From an uncultured Spirochaetales bacterium (GTDB lineage Bacteria > Myxococcota_A > UBA9160 > UBA6930), in assembly GCA_964501435.1 (NCBI GenBank), contig CAZCTH010000008.1, forward strand, positions 2,978-66,977: DNA of 64,000 nt. Direction: 5' to 3'. The first letter of the stretch is position 1. Every line of letters begins with the position of its first letter. Below are positions 62,075 through 64,000 of this stretch, piece after piece. Position numbers and translations under genes: made by a program. The notes below the pieces were generated by a model. It made no database searches and was not told the DNA's origin. It was given only the letters and a program-made list of their open reading frames with translations.

Positions 62075-63709
62075 TCAAGCCTTCGCGTTCGCCGCCTCGT
62101 ACAGCTTCTTCGCCGCCGGATAGTCCGCCTTGCCGTTCGGCGCGCGCGGCACGCGCGGCACGAGCACGAGATCCTTCGGCAGCTTGTAGGACGAGAGGCG
62201 CCGCTTCGCGTCGGCGATCACGTCCTCCGCCGACGCGCTTGCGCCCTGCGCGAGCGAGGCCACGCCCACGACGCGGTTGCCGAAGCGGTCGTCCGGCACG
62301 CCGAACACGAGCGCGTCTTCGACGGCGTCGTGCTTCTTGAGCGCTTCCTCCACCTCTTCGGGGAAGACCTTCTCGCCGCCCGTGTTGATGCAGTTCGAGC
62401 CGCGCCCGAGCAGCGTGATCGTGCCGTCGGCTTCGACCGTGGCCATGTCGCCCGGGAACGAGTACCGCACGCCGTTGACGGTGCGGAACGTGCGCGCCGA
62501 CTTCTCAGGGTCCTTGTAGTAGGCGAGGGGCACCATGCCGCCGTTGGCGATCATGCCGATCTCGCCGGAGCCGGGCGCGACCTCGCTGCCGTCGTCCTTG
62601 AACACGCGCGTGGTCGGGTTCAGCTTGAACTTGGCGGTCTCGGCCGTGGCGCCCTTCTTCGCGAAGGACATGCCCATGCCGCCCTCCGTCGAACCGAGCA
62701 CGTCGGCGATCGTGAGGCCGGGCAGATGCTTCGTGAGCGCCTGCTTCACCTCGAGTGAGAACATCGCGCCGCTCGAGACCATCAGGGAGAGACAGGAGGC
62801 GTCCCAGCGCCCCGGGTGCTCTTCGAGCGCGCGCAGCATCGGCTTCGCGAACGCGTCGCCGACGACGACGAGCAGGTTCACGCGGTTGCGCGCCACGACG
62901 TCCCACAGCTCGAGCGCGTCGAGGCCGCGCTTCTCGAGCAGCACCGCGGTGCCGCCGAGCATGTGCGGCACCATCATGCCGAGCCAGCAGCCGGTGCCGT
63001 GCATCAGCGGCGGGCCGGACATCGACACGGTGGCCTTGCCCGCGTCGCGCAGCTCCTTCGCGAGCGCCGGCAGCGTCGCGACGTCCTTCACCCGCGGCAG
63101 CCCCACCATCTGCGGGTAGGTGCTCAGGAAGAAATCGGTGAACCCGGACAGCGGGTACATCACGCCCTTCGGCATGCCCGTCGTGCCGCCGGTGTAGAAC
63201 ATGTAGACCTCGTCGCCCTGCGGAGCGATGCGCGCGGCCGGCGAGAGCTGGCGCTGGAGGTCCTCGTAGCGGACGGCGCGCGGTACACCGTGGGTGCCGT
63301 CGGCCGCGGGGCCGTCGTCCACCTCCACGAGCAGCTTCAGCTTCGGCATGCGCGGCGCGACGCGCGCCACGCGGTCGCCGAGCGAGCTGTGGAAGACGAG
63401 CGCCTCGGCGTCGGCGTTGTCGAGTAGGTACGCGAGCTCGTCCTCGAGGTAGCGGTAGTTCACGTTGACGGGGATGCCGCGGATCTTCAGCGCGGCGAAG
63501 TTCGTCTCGCAGTACTCCGGCGCGTTGTAGAGGTACATGCCCACCTTCGCGTGGGCGCCGAGGCCCGCGTCGAGGAAGGCCTGGGCAAGCCGGCCGGCGC
63601 GGGCGTCGTAGTCGCGCCACGAGACGGTCCGTGCGCCTTGGACCACGGCCGGCGCGTCGGGGGTCGCGTCGGCCACCTGTTCCCAGAGGAAGCTGAAGTG
63701 GGTGTGCAT
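62075..63709 (-). CDS. acyl-CoA synthetase (AMP-binding / adenylate-forming enzyme)
   Basis: ATG 63709 lies in the frame of ORF 62075..63997 (-). The protein begins MHTHFSFLWEQVADATPDAPAVV. The AMP-binding signature is MFYTGGTTGMPKGV, and the C-terminal segment reads GDMATVEADGTITLLGRGSNCINTGGEKV. Confidence 0.9.
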   Translation of the reverse strand: MHTHFSFLWEQVADATPDAPAVVQGARTVSWRDYDARAGRLAQAFLDAGLGAHAKVGMYLYNAPEYCETNFAALKIRGIPVNVNYRYLEDELAYLLDNADAEALVFHSSLGDRVARVAPRMPKLKLLVEVDDGPAADGTHGVPRAVRYEDLQRQLSPAARIAPQGDEVYMFYTGGTTGMPKGVMYPLSGFTDFFLSTYPQMVGLPRVKDVATLPALAKELRDAGKATVSMSGPPLMHGTGCWLGMMVPHMLGGTAVLLEKRGLDALELWDVVARNRVNLLVVVGDAFAKPMLRALEEHPGRWDASCLSLMVSSGAMFSLEVKQALTKHLPGLTIADVLGSTEGGMGMSFAKKGATAETAKFKLNPTTRVFKDDGSEVAPGSGEIGMIANGGMVPLAYYKDPEKSARTFRTVNGVRYSFPGDMATVEADGTITLLGRGSNCINTGGEKVFPEEVEEALKKHDAVEDALVFGVPDDRFGNRVVGVASLAQGASASAEDVIADAKRRLSSYKLPKDLVLVPRVPRAPNGKADYPAAKKLYEAANAKA

Positions 63710-63863
63710 AGGGCTAGGGAGCTTCGCACAGCCCGACTCCGAGTCAGCACAGAAAGTGCTGGCGGTCACGGATTTGCCTCGGTAGAAGGGCGGCTTCAGT
63801 CGGCCCTGGGGCACCGGCGCTCTCGCGTCCCGCCCCGGCGGCCACACGACAAGGGGACCCTCC

Positions 63864-64000
63864 ATGACCACGAACCGTTGGGCTCGCACGCTCCTGGCTG
63901 CGCCGATCGCGGCCGCCCTGGGAATGCCGCTCGCCGCCGCCGCGCAGGACGCTCCCGCCGCTCCCGCCGCCGCCGCGGACGAGACCGAAGAGATCATCGT
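63864..64000 (+). CDS. probable TonB-dependent receptor, N-terminal fragment (runs out of the window end)
   Basis: ATG 63864 gives MTTNRWARTLLAAPIAAALGMPLAAAAQDAPAAPAAAADETEEIIV. That is a signal peptide, a Pro/Ala/acidic linker and the start of a plug motif. It parallels the receptor at 4261 (..SAQETAPAAEEPAAAGGTGSFEEEIVITATKR). It is missing from the ORF track because it is truncated. Confidence 0.5.
   Translation, partial: MTTNRWARTLLAAPIAAALGMPLAAAAQDAPAAPAAAADETEEII

Overview
The window is a very GC-rich bacterial chromosomal segment (third codon positions are almost all G/C). It is gene-dense on both strands. I support about 54 protein-coding genes. By eye I found no rRNA, tRNA, CRISPR array, IS element, transposase, prophage or classical transcription factor. 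The high GC fills the six-frame track with long Arg/Ala/Pro-rich antisense or out-of-frame ORFs (for example 13702..17730, 18337..21867, 30882..37109). I kept only frames whose translation looks like real protein, and trimmed N-terminal extensions to starts that have a Shine-Dalgarno-like motif, a signal peptide, or a 4-nt start/stop overlap. GTGA, ATGA and TGATG overlaps recur in this window.

Most of the content is redox and catabolic: 3 cytochrome P450s, 8 SDRs, 4 amidohydrolases, 2 LLM-class oxidoreductases, 2 fatty-acid-hydroxylase-family proteins, an OYE/dienoyl-CoA-reductase-like flavoprotein, a KstD-like flavoprotein, enoyl-CoA hydratase, acyl-CoA synthetase, a PQQ quinohemoprotein and a sulfatase.

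The observations most worth a second look are:
1. A five-gene operon (28007..38156) of signal-peptide-bearing DUF11-type repeat proteins. It ends in a 1852-aa protein with an ~850-aa beta-barrel-like C-terminus and has no recognisable secretion ATPase, chaperone or sortase nearby. This is a candidate uncharacterised surface-fibre or adhesin system.
2. A thioredoxin-fold Prx-like gene (61451..62050) with an in-frame TGA exactly at the catalytic Cys position and a SECIS-like hairpin downstream, so a probable selenoprotein.
3. A TonB-dependent receptor flanked by two DUF3604/PHP-like paralogs.
4. A DevBCA-type ABC exporter whose ATPase is fused to a GAF domain.
5. A membrane-domain/MBL-fold fusion protein.
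6. Unusual non-coding repeat structures at 15979..16060 and 22718..23168.

All family assignments come from motif recognition by eye. No database search was run.
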